Shown here: positions 27,006 to 38,673 of the stretch, in pieces
Position numbering within the stretch: the first letter of the stretch is position 1
How the letters are laid out: every line of letters starts with the position of its first letter
Origin: Verrucomicrobiia bacterium
GTDB taxonomy: Bacteria > Verrucomicrobiota > Verrucomicrobiia > Palsa-1439
Length of the DNA: 64,000 bases
NCBI GenBank assembly: GCA_035541135.1
Contig: DATKNW010000043.1
Coordinates: 17,755 to 81,754 of the forward strand
Direction: 5' to 3'
Translations under genes and position numbers: made by a program
Notes under the pieces: generated by a model
The model's input: only the letters and a program-made list of their open reading frames with translations
Told to the model about the DNA's origin: nothing
Database searches by the model: none

Positions 27006-29531
27006 TCAGAACGTCAACTCCACCTTCGCGCCGTGGTAACGCTTCGCGCCACCGGACGGCGGCGTGGACGAGATGCCCACGGGGTGGGCCCTGGAAACCA
27101 GAACGATCTTGAACGTCCGCTGCCGGAGCATGCCGGGGAATGAGCCTTCGCGTCGCCCGATGGTAAGCGTCTTCGTCGCGTCGTTCCACTGGATCGGAAT
27201 GCGCGCGCACGCGCCCCGCTCGTACCCGTACGTCAGGCCATCGTCCTCGTACAATGTGAACGCGCCGTCCGCGCCCGCGTACACGTACAGCGTGATTGGG
27301 TCGGCGGGTTTCTCCCCGGTGTACTGCAGTTCCGGGCCGAACGGGATGATTGAGCCGGCTCGGACATATAACGGCATCGAATCATACGGCGCCGGCGCAT
27401 CGATCGTTCGTCCGCCGGCCATCGCGGCGCCGGTCCAGAAATTATACCACGTAGTCTTCCCGGGCAGGTACACCGGGCGCCGACGCGCTTTGTATTTGGT
27501 GACAGGCGCGACCAGCAGCGCCGGACCGAACATGTATTGATCCACGATCTTCCGTGCGCTGGCGTCCTGGGGAAAATCCATGACCAACGGACGCATGATG
27601 GTGCCGTCCTCATGTGTGACCGCGCCGGCCAGGGAATAAATGTACGGCAACAAGTGGTAGCGCAATCGGTCGAATTTCAAGATCGTCTCGTACGCCTTGC
27701 CGAACGTCCACGGCTCGCGTGGACGCAGTTCGCCGTGCAACCGCAACAGCGGAACGAACGTGCCGAACTGAAACCATCGCGCGTTGAGCTCCGCCCATTC
27801 CTCGGCGTCCTCCGGCGTCTGCTCCTGGGCGGAGAATCGGGATTGCATCGTGTAGCCGCCGATGTCCATCGACCAGTACGGCACGCCCGAAACGCTGAAT
27901 CCGAGCCCGGCGGGAATCTGCTTGGCGAAGGCCGTCCACGTGGAGGTGATGTCTCCCGACCATGTCGCCGTCGCGTAGCGCTGAATGCCGGCGAAGCCGG
28001 ACCGCGTGAGAATGAAGATGCGCTGGTTCGGCGCGGCGCGGCGCTGGCCTTCGTAGACCCCCTGGCTGTTCAGCAGCGAGTAGGCATTGAACATGCGCGA
28101 TCCCGTGCCCATCGCCGTGGGATGCATATGGGTTCGGTGCCCTTCGATCGTTTGCGGCGATGGCGTGAGTTCCGGTTCGGTGGCGTCCATCCACCAGGCA
28201 TCGACTCCCTTGCGGAACAACGCCTTGTTGATTTGTGCCCAGAAAAGCTTGCGCGCCTCGGCGCTGAACGCGTCGTAGGCCGTGTACGGATAGCCGACCC
28301 AGTCGCGGAGATCCTCGCGCAGACTGGGCTGATAGAGGAACCCGGCCTTCTGCATCGCTTCAAAGTTGGCCGTGCCGGGGTAATATTTCCCCCAGACCGA
28401 GATCATCAGCCGCGCATGTCGGCGGTGAATGGCCCGAATCCACCCATCGGGATCGGGGAAGCGCTCGGGATCGAATTGGTGCGATCCCCACGAATCCTTC
28501 GGCCAGTACAGCCAATCCTGCACGATATTATCGAAGGGCATGCGCCGCCGGCGAAACTCGTCAACCACCTCAAGGCTCTGCGACGAAGTCTCGTAACGTT
28601 GCCGTGATTGCCAGAGACCAAACGTCCATATCGGCAGCAGCGTCGCCTTCCCCGTGAGGCGACGATAGCCGGCGATGACCTTGTCCAGTTCCGGCCCGTA
28701 CACGAAATAGTAATCGACGCCCTCCCCCACCTCCGACCAGAGCGACGTGCAATCGTCGGGCGCCGGCGTCTTCCATCGCAACTGCATCGTCGTGGCTTGT
28801 TCCCCGCCGGCTTCGACCTTCAAGCTGTAGTGCCGATTGGCTTCAAGGTGGACCTTGACCTGATCGTAATCGGCCAGCCAGCTCTGCCGCCAGTGATCGA
28901 TCAACAGCCGGCCATCCAGCCAGAGCTTGATCCCGCCGTTGGAATAGGTCTGGAGCTGGTACTCGCCCGTCACGGGCGGCACAAGCGCGCTGGGCCCGTC
29001 GCGCAGACACTCGGGTGGGATCGGTTCGAACGGGCGCAGGTCACCGAATCGCGTGAGAGATGTGTTGTCCCAGAGAATGCCATAGCCCCGACTCGACACG
29101 AGGAATGGTACGACAACGTTTGCATTCCGCTGCCATAAATCGATGTCGTAGCCTTTGATATCCAGTATCCCCAACTGCAGTTGCCCGAGCCCGTACAGCG
29201 ATTCGTCCGCGTTGGCTTCCCATCGCTGTTGGACGTGAAAGGTCCGTTCGCCCTGCACCTTCGCCGCGATGATCTTCCGTCCGTGGGGTCGTTCGGCGAG
29301 AATCGTGCCGCCGTCAGCATCGAGGAATGTGACGGCGCCCGATTTCAAGTCCACGCGCACTTCCAGTTTTGCCGTCCGCAACACCGCTTCACGAGACGTG
29401 CGCTCGACGGTGGACCGCGGCTTCGTGCGCCGCGGCAGGACGACCAGACTGGACCGTGAGAAAAATGATCGGCTGTTCGCGCAGGCAACACGAATTACGT
29501 TCGGTGCCAGCGCTTCGATTTTGAGGATTTT
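27006..29531 (-). CDS. GH31 alpha-xylosidase / alpha-glucosidase (YicI-like).
   Basis: GH31 catalytic region KGVDAWWMDATEPE (nucleophile region, DxxxxDxxE pattern as in YicI) and RSGFAGIQRYATATWSGDITSTW (acid/base region). The N-terminal start is uncertain; candidates are 29531, 29687 and 29741. Confidence 0.75.
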   Translation of the reverse strand, partial: KILKIEALAPNVIRVACANSRSFFSRSSLVVLPRRTKPRSTVERTSREAVLRTAKLEVRVDLKSGAVTFLDADGGTILAERPHGRKIIAAKVQGERTFHVQQRWEANADESLYGLGQLQLGILDIKGYDIDLWQRNANVVVPFLVSSRGYGILWDNTSLTRFGDLRPFEPIPPECLRDGPSALVPPVTGEYQLQTYSNGGIKLWLDGRLLIDHWRQSWLADYDQVKVHLEANRHYSLKVEAGGEQATTMQLRWKTPAPDDCTSLWSEVGEGVDYYFVYGPELDKVIAGYRRLTGKATLLPIWTFGLWQSRQRYETSSQSLEVVDEFRRRRMPFDNIVQDWLYWPKDSWGSHQFDPERFPDPDGWIRAIHRRHARLMISVWGKYYPGTANFEAMQKAGFLYQPSLREDLRDWVGYPYTAYDAFSAEARKLFWAQINKALFRKGVDAWWMDATEPELTPSPQTIEGHRTHMHPTAMGTGSRMFNAYSLLNSQGVYEGQRRAAPNQRIFILTRSGFAGIQRYATATWSGDITSTWTAFAKQIPAGLGFSVSGVPYWSMDIGGYTMQSRFSAQEQTPEDAEEWAELNARWFQFGTFVPLLRLHGELRPREPWTFGKAYETILKFDRLRYHLLPYIYSLAGAVTHEDGTIMRPLVMDFPQDASARKIVDQYMFGPALLVAPVTKYKARRRPVYLPGKTTWYNFWTGAAMAGGRTIDAPAPYDSMPLYVRAGSIIPFGPELQYTGEKPADPITLYVYAGADGAFTLYEDDGLTYGYERGACARIPIQWNDATKTLTIGRREGSFPGMLRQRTFKIVLVSRAHPVGISSTPPSGGAKRYHGAKVELTF

Positions 29532-29611
29532 GCCTCCCGCGGTCAGGATCATAAATACACTCTTACCCGGTGCGCCCCCCAGCGGCAAGACAAAGTCGCT
29601 CGCGAGACCTG

Positions 29612-31735
29612 TCAGGGCCGCCAGTTGACCGTTTGATTCTTCTGGATGGGAATTTCCTGTGTGCGGCTGCCGTAACGTAACCGGCATGGCTGACCAGCCA
29701 GCGAGCGGATCGTTGCCTCGACCAATTTCCCGTTCTTCCATTGCAGTCCTACCTCGAATCCACCGCGCGCCCGCAAGCCGGTGACGCGGCCCGTCGGCCA
29801 CGCGGCCGGTAGCGCGGGCAGGAGGTTGATTTCGCCCTCGTGACTTTGCAGGAGCATCTCGGCGATGCCGGCGGTGATCCCGAAATTGCCATCCATCTGC
29901 ATCGGCGGATGCAGACCGAGCAGGTTCGGGCACGTGTTGCGATCGGCGAACAGTTGCTGGAGCATCTGGTGCGCGCTCTCCGCGTCGTGCAGACGCGCGA
30001 AGAGTGCCGTACGCCAGGCGAACGACCATTCGCGCACGTCGCTGCTGGGATCGATGCCCCGCGCGTCGAGCGAGACTCTCGCCGCCTTCGCCAGTTCCGG
30101 CGTCCTAGCGACGCTGATCTGGTGGCCGGGATAAACGGCGAACAGATGCGATGTATGCCGGTGATGGTCATGCGGATCGTCGCGGTCGATCATCCATTCC
30201 TGCAACTGTCCCCAGCGGCCGACCTGCGGGCCGAGGAGCTTGTCACGGAGCGTGGAGATTTTGTCACGGTATTCGCTGTCGACATTGAGAACGTTTGCAG
30301 CTTCAATATAACTGGAAAACAAGTCCCAGACAATCTCTTGATTATAGGTGACTCCATCTTCATCCGGGCCGTGCTCCGGCGACCAACCGTTCGGAACTAC
30401 CTGCCGGCCATCGGGTAATGACTTCAGATGATCCTCCCAGTATTCGACGGTCTCTTTCATGACTGGATATGCGATCTCGCGGAGGTACTTCTGGTCGCGG
30501 CCAAACGCGAAGTGCTCCCAAAAATGCTGGCAATACCACGCGTTGGCCGTCTTGTCCCATTTCCAGCCCATGCCGCCGGTGATGTTGTGGGACGTGCGGA
30601 TGGCAAATCCGCGTTTCGCGTCGCTCACCTGGCGCCAGGCCGGCAACTGGCTGCGCACCAGATCGAGGAACGGCTCGTGGCATTCGGCCAGATTGGCCAC
30701 CTCGGCGGGCCAGTAGTTCATCTCGACATTGATGTTCGAATGGTAATCGCAATGCCACGGCGGCGTGTTGCTGTCGTTCCACAACCCTTGCAGGTTCGCC
30801 GGCAGCCCGCCCGGCCGCGAACAGGAGATTAAGAGGTATCTCCCGTACTGAAACATCAGCGTCGCCAGGCCGGCGTCGGGTTGCTGTTTCCGTTTGTCCG
30901 TCGGCAGCGAATCGTCGGAGGGGCCGAGATCGAGCGATACGCGGTTGAACAGCGCCTGAAAATCTTTCACGTGTTCGCTCTTCAGCTCGTCGTAGCTCTT
31001 GGTCGGGAACACCAGTGGCCGCAGTTCGCCGCGGTAGCCCCCGGCGTAGTCCATCGCGTAGTCCGTGCTCGCGGCCAGCAACACCACGACCTCGTCGCAG
31101 CCCTTCAACCGTCCACCATCCGCCGTGCCGCCCCGCGCCAGCACGCGCGCCCGCGCCTCGTATTTCATCCCGTTGCTGAGCGTGCCGCGGAAGGACAACG
31201 TCGACCCCTCCACCGCCGTCGGTTCGCCGTGCGCGCCCGTCAACTCGATGCGGCCCGTGATCGCGCCGGGTTTGTCGGCGGTCCAGCGGACCACGATGAC
31301 CTGCGCCGGGTGGCTGGCAAACGCTTCGCGCACGTGCCGCACGCCGTTCAGGGTGAACTCGGTGCGAGCCGTGGCCGTGGCCAGATCAAGTTGGCGGCGG
31401 TAGTTCTGCGGGACCGAGGCCGTCCCCGCCGAATTCGTGCCAGGATCGAGACTGAGGAACAAGTCGCCCAACGCCTGGTACGCGCCCATCGTGTCGAAAT
31501 CGCCGCTGGGATTCTCATCGCCCGTCCACAGGCTGTCTTCGTTGAACTGGATGCGCTCGCGCTCGACGCCGCCAAACACGACTCCGCCGAGCCGGCCATT
31601 GCCGATGGGCAACGCTTCGTTCATGGCGCTCTTGGCCGGCTGCTGATACCAGAGAACCAGCCCGCTATTGGCGTCCGCAAACGCCATAAACGCTCCGATC
31701 CCGCTTAGCAATGAACTCAGCAATACCATCTTCAT
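29612..31735 (-). CDS. GH95 alpha-L-fucosidase.
   Basis: Signal peptide [20 protein letters not shown] followed by [45 protein letters not shown], the canonical GH95 N-terminal signature. The size of about 707 aa fits. Confidence 0.85.
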   Translation of the reverse strand: MKMVLLSSLLSGIGAFMAFADANSGLVLWYQQPAKSAMNEALPIGNGRLGGVVFGGVERERIQFNEDSLWTGDENPSGDFDTMGAYQALGDLFLSLDPGTNSAGTASVPQNYRRQLDLATATARTEFTLNGVRHVREAFASHPAQVIVVRWTADKPGAITGRIELTGAHGEPTAVEGSTLSFRGTLSNGMKYEARARVLARGGTADGGRLKGCDEVVVLLAASTDYAMDYAGGYRGELRPLVFPTKSYDELKSEHVKDFQALFNRVSLDLGPSDDSLPTDKRKQQPDAGLATLMFQYGRYLLISCSRPGGLPANLQGLWNDSNTPPWHCDYHSNINVEMNYWPAEVANLAECHEPFLDLVRSQLPAWRQVSDAKRGFAIRTSHNITGGMGWKWDKTANAWYCQHFWEHFAFGRDQKYLREIAYPVMKETVEYWEDHLKSLPDGRQVVPNGWSPEHGPDEDGVTYNQEIVWDLFSSYIEAANVLNVDSEYRDKISTLRDKLLGPQVGRWGQLQEWMIDRDDPHDHHRHTSHLFAVYPGHQISVARTPELAKAARVSLDARGIDPSSDVREWSFAWRTALFARLHDAESAHQMLQQLFADRNTCPNLLGLHPPMQMDGNFGITAGIAEMLLQSHEGEINLLPALPAAWPTGRVTGLRARGGFEVGLQWKNGKLVEATIRSLAGQPCRLRYGSRTQEIPIQKNQTVNWRP

Positions 31736-32639
31736 AACCCCTCTCGCCGCCACCACTTCCGCAAACAAAACCGGCGCTTTGGCTGCAGAAAGCCGGGAAT
31801 CCGGACCTCGGCGGCCCTTCGGGGCCCGACACATCTTTCAGTGGCCCGGGGGCTGATTTGTCGTCGGTGGTACCCGGTGTTTGATCGCGGATATAGACAA
31901 CTTCTTCTCCCTGGTTGCTCAGTTTGACGTCGCCCAAATCGATAAACGAAGGCCCGACCTTCATAATGAGCCGGCCATCCTGAATCTTCAGGGTGACCCT
32001 CGCTGTGGCCGAGTTGTCCTTCGTCAGCAACACTTTCGCGTCGAACGACACTGCTCCGTTGCCGCTCAGCGTGTTTGACTCCGAATCGTTTACCTCATGG
32101 AAGTCGTCCTCGGTCCGGGTCCAGCGAATGTGATCGGCGGTGATCTGCAGTTTCTCGGTCTTCGGTTTCTCGGTGAAAATCCACGAGCCGATGAAATCGC
32201 CGGGTATTTTGGCTGATGCCGGCTGCTGTGCCGGCTCATCGCTGGCGGGCGTCGCGTTGTTTCCAAAGATAATCGAAATACTTCTGGCCGTTCGTTGCGG
32301 GGTTTCCCCGGCCGAACCCGCGTTCGCGCCCAAGGTCGCATTGGATGTCGCGCATGTCACGCTGACGGCCCTGCCAACCCGAAGATCCGCCGCGGTTGCG
32401 GATTTGTCATCCATCGTGATGACGGTCTCTTTCGAAAAAACGATGGATACGTCTTGAGCTTGCCCGCTCTTTTCGGTAACGGAAAGCACAAGGGTGCCAT
32501 TGCCCGTCCTGGCTTTGATCACCCCCGTTACCACAACCTGGGCGGGAGGCTTGGCTTGCGCGGGTTGCTGGCATATGGCCGGTTCCGTGGTTGCGACCGC
32601 AAACGCAGCCATCCAGATGATTGTTGCCGCTGTCCTCAT
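31665..32639 (-). CDS. Secreted hypothetical protein.
   Basis: 324-aa ORF with an N-terminal signal peptide ([25 protein letters not shown]) and no recognisable domain. Its 3' end overlaps the GH95 start by about 70 nt in another frame, so either the overlap is real or the C-terminal extent is wrong. Confidence 0.35.
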   Translation of the reverse strand: MRTAATIIWMAAFAVATTEPAICQQPAQAKPPAQVVVTGVIKARTGNGTLVLSVTEKSGQAQDVSIVFSKETVITMDDKSATAADLRVGRAVSVTCATSNATLGANAGSAGETPQRTARSISIIFGNNATPASDEPAQQPASAKIPGDFIGSWIFTEKPKTEKLQITADHIRWTRTEDDFHEVNDSESNTLSGNGAVSFDAKVLLTKDNSATARVTLKIQDGRLIMKVGPSFIDLGDVKLSNQGEEVVYIRDQTPGTTDDKSAPGPLKDVSGPEGPPRSGFPAFCSQSAGFVCGSGGGERGYEDGIAEFIAKRDRSVYGVCGRQ

Positions 32640-32921
32640 GGTGCTACGTCCTTTCCCGGTTTGTTCTCGGCTCCGCCTCGAAACAGATCGAGGGATCGAT
32701 GGGTCGATCGTGACCCCTGCTGCGGGGCGAATTGCAGGGGAGTATTGGCTGTGGAAGTGGCCGAGGTCAAGAGTTTGCCGACGGGCGTGACGGTGGGTTC
32801 AGGACGCGGTTGGCCGCCACAATTTCGGAGCCGGCCGGCGCTTCTTAAATCTTCTCATTTATCCGAATCTGTGGCAGGAATTCCGTGTGGAGCGCCGCAC
32901 CATTTTTTCCGGAGGCGTTTT

Positions 32922-34404
32922 GAAGACCGTTCTCACGAGTTTCGCCTGTATTCTTGCCATGGGTTTCTGCGCCGGCCTCGCCGCGCAGGAGCCGAACTCT
33001 CATGAGCCCCGCTCCGGACAATCAATGCCCGCGGCGGGTCCGACTTCGAGCTTCACCGATCAGCAGATTACTGAGACCTGGGGTTGGATCCTCGCCCACG
33101 AGAAGGGAATCGCCGGAATCGAGATCAGCCAGGCCGAACTCCCCGTGTTCATGAAAGGCGTGGCCGCCGGGTTCCGGGGGCAATCCGTCTCCTATGACCT
33201 GGAGAAGATCTATCCCGACGTCGAACGGCTCGCCAGGGCGCGGCGGGAAAAGCTCGTGCGCGCGATCACGCAGAAAAATGAGGCTCAAGCGCAGGCGTTT
33301 TTCGCCGAGCTGGACAAGAACACCAACGTCGTCAGGTTGGCCGGCGGCATCCGCGGCGAGATTGTCAAACCCGGCGAGGGACCGTACCCCAAACCGGAGC
33401 AAACCGTGACCGTGCATTACGTCGCCCGGTTGATCGACGGCACCGAGTTCCTGGAGTGGGGGCCGGTTGATATTGTGCTGGTGGTCAACAAGAGCCTCCC
33501 GTTCGGCAGCTTTCCGTTCCCCACATGGTTTGACGTGCTGCGGCGAATCAACAAGGGAGGCACGATCAGGTTCTACGTTCCGCCCCCGCTCCCCGAAGCC
33601 GACGTGGCCCGAGCCGGCATCCCGCCGGGATCGACCATGATTTTCGAGGTTGAATTGCTGGATCTCAAGGATACTTCCGAGGAAAATCTCGAGCTCAGCC
33701 GGGTCCCGCCGGCCCCCGAAGTCGGACCGTCTCCGCCGTCGGGTTACTCTGAACTACAGGTCCTCGAGACGTGGGGCTGGAACGTTGCCCATGAGACGCA
33801 TGTCGCCAACCTGGGATTTGGTGAAGCCGAACTGTCCATGCTCATGACGGGCGTGGTGGCTGGCGTCAAAGGCCAGCCCCCTCCCTGCGACCTGCAAAAA
33901 ATCTACCCGGACGTTGAACGATTCGTCAGCGAGCGCCGCGAACAAGCCCGTCTCGCCTTCCAACAGAAACAAATCGCCGCAACCCAGTCGTTCTTCGCGG
34001 AACTGAAGAAGAACACGAATGTCGTCAAATTGGCCAGCGGCCTCTGTTACGAGCTGCTCAAGCCCGGCCGCGGGCCCTACCCGAAGATCGGAAGCACCGT
34101 GAGGATCAACTACGTCGGCCGGCTGCTCAACGGCACCGTCTTTGATCGCGCCGAGGACGATGAAGAGGCTCGCATTCCGATCCGCGATGATCCTCCGCAG
34201 TGGGTCATTCCCGGATGGACCGAGGGCTTACAAAAGGTCAACACGGGTGGCAAGATCAGGCTGTATGTTCCCTACTGGCTGGGCTATGGCGAGCACGCCA
34301 ACCACAACGTCCCTCCGTACTCGACCATGATCTTTGACATCGACGTGCTCGAGATCATGGACACCCCGCCTGCCGGGTCCGCTCCCGATGCGGGGAACAA
34401 GTGA
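32922..34404 (+). CDS. Periplasmic FKBP-type peptidyl-prolyl cis-trans isomerase with two tandem FkpA/Mip-like modules.
   Basis: Signal peptide, then two repeats of an N-terminal dimerisation-type helix joined to an FKBP domain. The FKBP signatures are TVHYVARLIDGTEF...GGTIRFYVPPPL and VRINYVGRLLNGTVFD...VIPGWTEGLQKVNTGGKIRLYVPYWLGYGE. GGAGG lies 4 nt upstream of the TTG at 32922; the alternative GTG at 32887 is possible. Confidence 0.8.
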
Positions 34405-34461
34405 GCCTTGATTGTTGGCCGTCGCCATCACCGGCCGCCGCGCGGGCGCGCGGCAAAACCG

Positions 34462-35703
34462 TCATTTGGCAGGTTCTTCATCCTTGGCGGTTGCGGTTTG
34501 AGCCGGTGCCTCGCCACTAAACCCCGCGACCAGCTCCGCCAGTCGCTGCCGATCCTCGGGCAGTAGCAACGTGGTGGTCTCGAAGTATTGGCGGGCCGCC
34601 GGAAAATCCGTGCGCATCCAGTTATCGAGCACTTTCCGCAACGCGTCGGACCGCAATTTCTCGTCGTTGACGGCCTCGACCCAACTTAGCGCCACGTCCG
34701 TCTCGAGAAAATCCATGCTGGCCACGGCGGCCACCCCTTCGTCAAAGTCCGGGTCCCGTTTGGCGTCGTTCAACCAGTTGGCTGCGGCTCCCGCGTCGGT
34801 CCTCACCCATTTCTGCAATGCCTGGCTCAGCATCGACGCGCGATCGCCTCCCGCAGGCATCTGCGCCAGAAACTGGGTCAGGGCCCCGGGATCCGCCTCG
34901 GCCCAGCCACCGACGACTCCATGCAACGCTTCGTTTCTCGTGTCCGGGTCCGTGATGGCACTGGCGGCGGCCGCCGCCTGGTCCGGCTGGAGCGTGGCCC
35001 ACTTGGAATACGCCTCCCCGAGCCAAAACGACCGATCGCTGCTATCGCCGCCGGCGGCAAATTGCACCGCGGTCTGGAAATGCCCCGCCTCGCACAGGGC
35101 GTCGATCAACGTGGAACCGTATCCGACGGATCCGCCCGGCTCCTGTTCAACGATGAGTTTCGCCACACGCACCGCATCCTCGGGATGCGCGGCAACGGCG
35201 CTGCCAAATACCGTCGTCATCGCCGCGCTCCGGTCGCATTGCTCCGGCAGTGTCAGCGCCCAATTCGCCGCCGCTTGTGGCTGGGTTCGGGCCCAGCCCC
35301 GCAACACGGCCTGGACAAGGCCGTTCCGCACGACAAGGTTCTTCTCGGCCTGGGCCTGAGCCATTGCCCGGCGGGGATCCGTCGTGGCCAGTTTCTCCAG
35401 CATCGCCGCCATCGTCGTGTTACGCTCGGTGGTGCCCGGTTGGGACGTCAACTGCTGCCATCTTCTTCCGTCCCACCCCGACGAGCTTTCCGCCACGACT
35501 GAATCCATCTGAAATCCGGGATCGGAGGCGACGGGCGGAGAGTGATCCGATCGCTCCGTCAGGACTGGTCCCGAATTGGGAGTCGGCGGAGCAACGGAAA
35601 GCCGGCCGGCGATAAAACCGAGTGCCCCGAATACAAGCGCAGCGCCGATACCCAGCGCGATTTTCCCGCTCGACCGAGCGGAAGCGGTCGAATCCTTATC
35701 CAT
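34462..35703 (-). CDS. Membrane-anchored hypothetical protein with a helical-repeat extracytoplasmic domain.
   Basis: Short N-terminal cytoplasmic tail, one TM segment (IALGIGAALVFGALGFIAG), then about 370 aa rich in A/L/W with repeating WxxA helices that look HEAT- or TPR-like. No catalytic motif was recognised. Confidence 0.45.
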   Translation of the reverse strand: MDKDSTASARSSGKIALGIGAALVFGALGFIAGRLSVAPPTPNSGPVLTERSDHSPPVASDPGFQMDSVVAESSSGWDGRRWQQLTSQPGTTERNTTMAAMLEKLATTDPRRAMAQAQAEKNLVVRNGLVQAVLRGWARTQPQAAANWALTLPEQCDRSAAMTTVFGSAVAAHPEDAVRVAKLIVEQEPGGSVGYGSTLIDALCEAGHFQTAVQFAAGGDSSDRSFWLGEAYSKWATLQPDQAAAAASAITDPDTRNEALHGVVGGWAEADPGALTQFLAQMPAGGDRASMLSQALQKWVRTDAGAAANWLNDAKRDPDFDEGVAAVASMDFLETDVALSWVEAVNDEKLRSDALRKVLDNWMRTDFPAARQYFETTTLLLPEDRQRLAELVAGFSGEAPAQTATAKDEEPAK

Positions 35704-35815
35704 GATACGAAAGCACTCCCCCCAATGCGACCGAATCCTAGCAGAAAGGACGGGGACTTGACAACTCAGTTGCCAGGTCCCCATCAACTTTGCGAATCGC
35801 GTTGCCGAGCGACAA

Positions 35816-36651
35816 CTACTGCTGCATCGTGCAATTGACGAGCTTGCAGTTCGCCACGCGATCCACCTGCCGGTTGCTGTAGCTATGGCACGTGGTCAGC
35901 GTCATCGCGGCGGTGTTGCCGTTGGAGTTGAACCCGCGCGCGCTGTTGCCGGCCGTGTTGTTGTGAGAGGTGCAACTCGTGTACGAATGCAGCACGTTGT
36001 TGGCGGGCGACTCCGCGGCTCCCATCTTGAAGCCGTCTCCATTGCCCGTCTTCCCCTGGGCAGACCCCATGCTGTAACACAGGCAGCCGCTGACGGCAAT
36101 CGGGCTGTCGGCGCCATAAAAGTCGAACCCGTCGTCGGAGTTCTGGTACGCCGTGCAATTGACGAATTGATTCCCCGCGCCCGTGCCGTTCTTGGCGGAA
36201 TATCCATCGGCGTTTCCACCCGAACTGTCGGCGTTGTTATAGGACGTGCATCCCGATAACACGTTGTTCTGCGCCGCCTTGGCCGAAATCTCAAAACCGG
36301 AATTGTGATTTGCGCTGGCGATGCAGGATGTGATCTTGCAGCCGGAGCCGAGGATCATGAAACCATGGTTCGCTCCGCTGACCGTGAGACTCTTCAGGGT
36401 GACTCCGCTGCCGCTCGATGCCACGGCGAATCCGTCCGATGTGCTGGACGTGAAGTTAAACGTCGCCGGTCCCGCGACGGTCACGCCGCTGGGCACGGTG
36501 ATCTTGCCGCTGACGCTGTAGGTGCCGGAACACTGGACGGTCGTTCCCGATGCGGCGTTTTGGATTGTGCTCCTGATATCGGCTCTTGCCACCGAACCGA
36601 TCAGCAAGATGGCCGACGTCGCCAGACTCACATATTTGCACTTGAGTGACA
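35816..36651 (-). CDS. Secreted right-handed parallel beta-helix repeat protein (pectate-lyase-fold), paralog 1.
   Basis: Signal peptide MSLKCKYVSLATSAILLIGSVARA. The mature protein is rich in G/S/T/N, with periodic N..GDGF / NADG / GDGFKMG turns and a conserved C-terminus ...CHSYSN...NC.LVNCTMQQ shared with the two paralogs. AAGGAG lies upstream. Confidence 0.6.
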
Positions 36652-37004
36652 TAACGAACATCTCCTTCCGGGTTTGTTGTTTGATCCCTGTCCCCTTGAC
36701 AGAAAAAAGAGGTGCTGAGGCGCGTTCCGCGGATGGTCTGATCTCCTTCCCAATATGGAACCTCGCTCTCAATGAAAGCTCGATAACGGGGGCTTCCTCC
36801 TAGCAGTTCCTGGGCGGGAAGTCAATCACCATGATTATTCTGCACCATTGCTTGAAAAACGCGCACGCGACCCCGAAGGAACCGGAGCCGCCGGCCAGGC
36901 CGGTCCCGTTCCGGGCGCAGACCATTCTCCGCTTGACGCCGGAGTCGCGAGAAGGAGTACTTACGGGCGATGCGGGAACACTCGACGAGGACTCCGGCCC
37001 CACG

Positions 37005-38669
37005 ATGAAGAATGCGTGGAAATCATCTGTCCCAAGCGGGGCGTTGCTCATCTTGATCACGGTGACGGCGTACTGGCCCGCGCTTTCCGGGAGATTCAAC
37101 TGGGATGACGACTGGTGGACGACAAGGATCTACGGATTGCTGGTCGGTTTCTCGGGTTTGCGGTCGATCTGGCTCGATCCGACCGCGATGCAGCAGTATT
37201 ACCCGCTCACGGGTACCAGCTTCTGCGTCGACTACCACCTCTGGGGCTTCCGGCCGCTGCCGTATCATCTTGAGAATGTTCTTCTGCACGCCGCCTCCGC
37301 CATCCTGCTCTGGCGCTTGTTGCGGCGACTGCAAGTGCCGGGCGCGTGGCTGGCAGGCGCCATCTTCGCCGTTCACCCGGTCGCGGTCGAATCGGTGGCT
37401 TGGATCACCGAGCGCAAGAACGTGCTCTCGCTTGTTTTCTACCTGGGCGCGCTGCTCGCCTACGGACGGTTCAGCTTCTTTTGGAAGGCCGAGAACAACC
37501 CGGCGGCCGGCGCTCCGCAACGCTGGTCCACGTATGCCTGGGCTCTTGTTCTCTTTGTCGCCGCGTTACTGGCCAAAGCCACGGCGTTTTCGCTGCCGGC
37601 GGTGATTCTGCTGATCGGCTGGTGGAAGCGCGGACGCATCCGGTGGAGGCCGGATGTCTTGCCGACCGCGCCATTCTTTGCAGCGGCCATCGGCTTCGGC
37701 TCGATAACCACCTGGTTGGAGAAGAACCATGTCGGAGCGAATGGCCCGGACTGGGTCCTTTCCTTTCCCGAGCGTTGCCTGGTTGCGGGGCGAGTCTTGT
37801 GGTTCTACTCCGGCAAGCTGCTCTGGCCCGCGAAACTCTGCTTCATTTACCCGCGCTGGCCGGTCGACCCCGGCTCCTGGTGGCAATGGTCATATCCGGT
37901 AAGTGCGGTTGGCGTCCTGACCGCACTTTGGTTGGCGCGGAAGCGGATCGGCCGCGGACCGGTGACGGCAGCGCTCTTTTTCGTCGGGACGCTCTTTCCG
38001 GTGCTCGGGTTCATGAACGGGTACTTCATGCGGTTTTCTTTCGTGTGGGATCACCTGGTTTATGTCTCCATGCTGGGGCTCATTGCCCTGGTGGCGGCGC
38101 TGGTGGCATGGACAGCCGAACGTCTCCGTGCCAAACCGGTTTTGGTTGCGCTCTCCGCCGCCCTGGTGCCGCTGCTCGCGTTCCTGACGTGGCGGGAATG
38201 CGGGAAATACGCCGATGTGGAAACGCTCTGGCGCGATACGTTGGCGAAAAACCCGGCCTGCTGGATGGCGCACTACAACCTGGGACAAATGTTGCAGATC
38301 TCGGGCAACACGGCCGAGGCGAAAGAGCATTATGAGCAGGCGTTGTATTTCAAGCCGGACTGCGACGAGGCCCTGAACAATCTGGCCTGGCTGCTGGGAA
38401 CGCTCCCGCCTGCGCAAGGCGGCGATCCCACCCGCGCCCTGACCCTGGCCCGACGCGCCTGCGAACTGACCAGCAATCGCGACCCGGATTCCCTGCCGGA
38501 TTCCCTCGACACGTTGGCCGTCGCGTACGCGGCCAACGGCCGGTTCGACGACGCCATCGCCACGACCCAGCAAGCCATCGCATTGGCGCGCGCGGGCGGA
38601 CAGGCAGAGTTGATCCGAAAAATGGAAAGCCGGCTGACGTTATATCGTCGCGGACTCGCCTACCACTGA
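37005..38669 (+). CDS. TMTC-like (GT105/DUF1736) membrane protein with C-terminal TPR repeats.
   Basis: First loop YWPALSGRFNWDDDWW, signature VHPVAVESVAWITERKNVLSLVFY, and a C-terminal TPR module ending ...LAVAYAANGRFDDAIATTQQAIALARAGGQ. Confidence 0.7.
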   Translation: MKNAWKSSVPSGALLILITVTAYWPALSGRFNWDDDWWTTRIYGLLVGFSGLRSIWLDPTAMQQYYPLTGTSFCVDYHLWGFRPLPYHLENVLLHAASAILLWRLLRRLQVPGAWLAGAIFAVHPVAVESVAWITERKNVLSLVFYLGALLAYGRFSFFWKAENNPAAGAPQRWSTYAWALVLFVAALLAKATAFSLPAVILLIGWWKRGRIRWRPDVLPTAPFFAAAIGFGSITTWLEKNHVGANGPDWVLSFPERCLVAGRVLWFYSGKLLWPAKLCFIYPRWPVDPGSWWQWSYPVSAVGVLTALWLARKRIGRGPVTAALFFVGTLFPVLGFMNGYFMRFSFVWDHLVYVSMLGLIALVAALVAWTAERLRAKPVLVALSAALVPLLAFLTWRECGKYADVETLWRDTLAKNPACWMAHYNLGQMLQISGNTAEAKEHYEQALYFKPDCDEALNNLAWLLGTLPPAQGGDPTRALTLARRACELTSNRDPDSLPDSLDTLAVAYAANGRFDDAIATTQQAIALARAGGQAELIRKMESRLTLYRRGLAYH

Positions 38670-38673
38670 AGCC

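Noticed and set aside
34431-34460. The GC palindrome GCCGCGCGggcGCGCGGC between the convergent FKBP gene and the hypothetical gene, considered as a bidirectional terminator.
   Set aside because: The stem is present, but neither strand has a downstream U-tract in the right orientation. It is left as an unannotated possible Rho-dependent or structural element.
36855-36880. A sigma-54-like TGCACCATTGCTTG sequence upstream of the TMTC gene at 37005.
   Set aside because: The -24 and -12 elements are separated by only 2 nt instead of the obligatory spacing, and the GG dinucleotide is missing.
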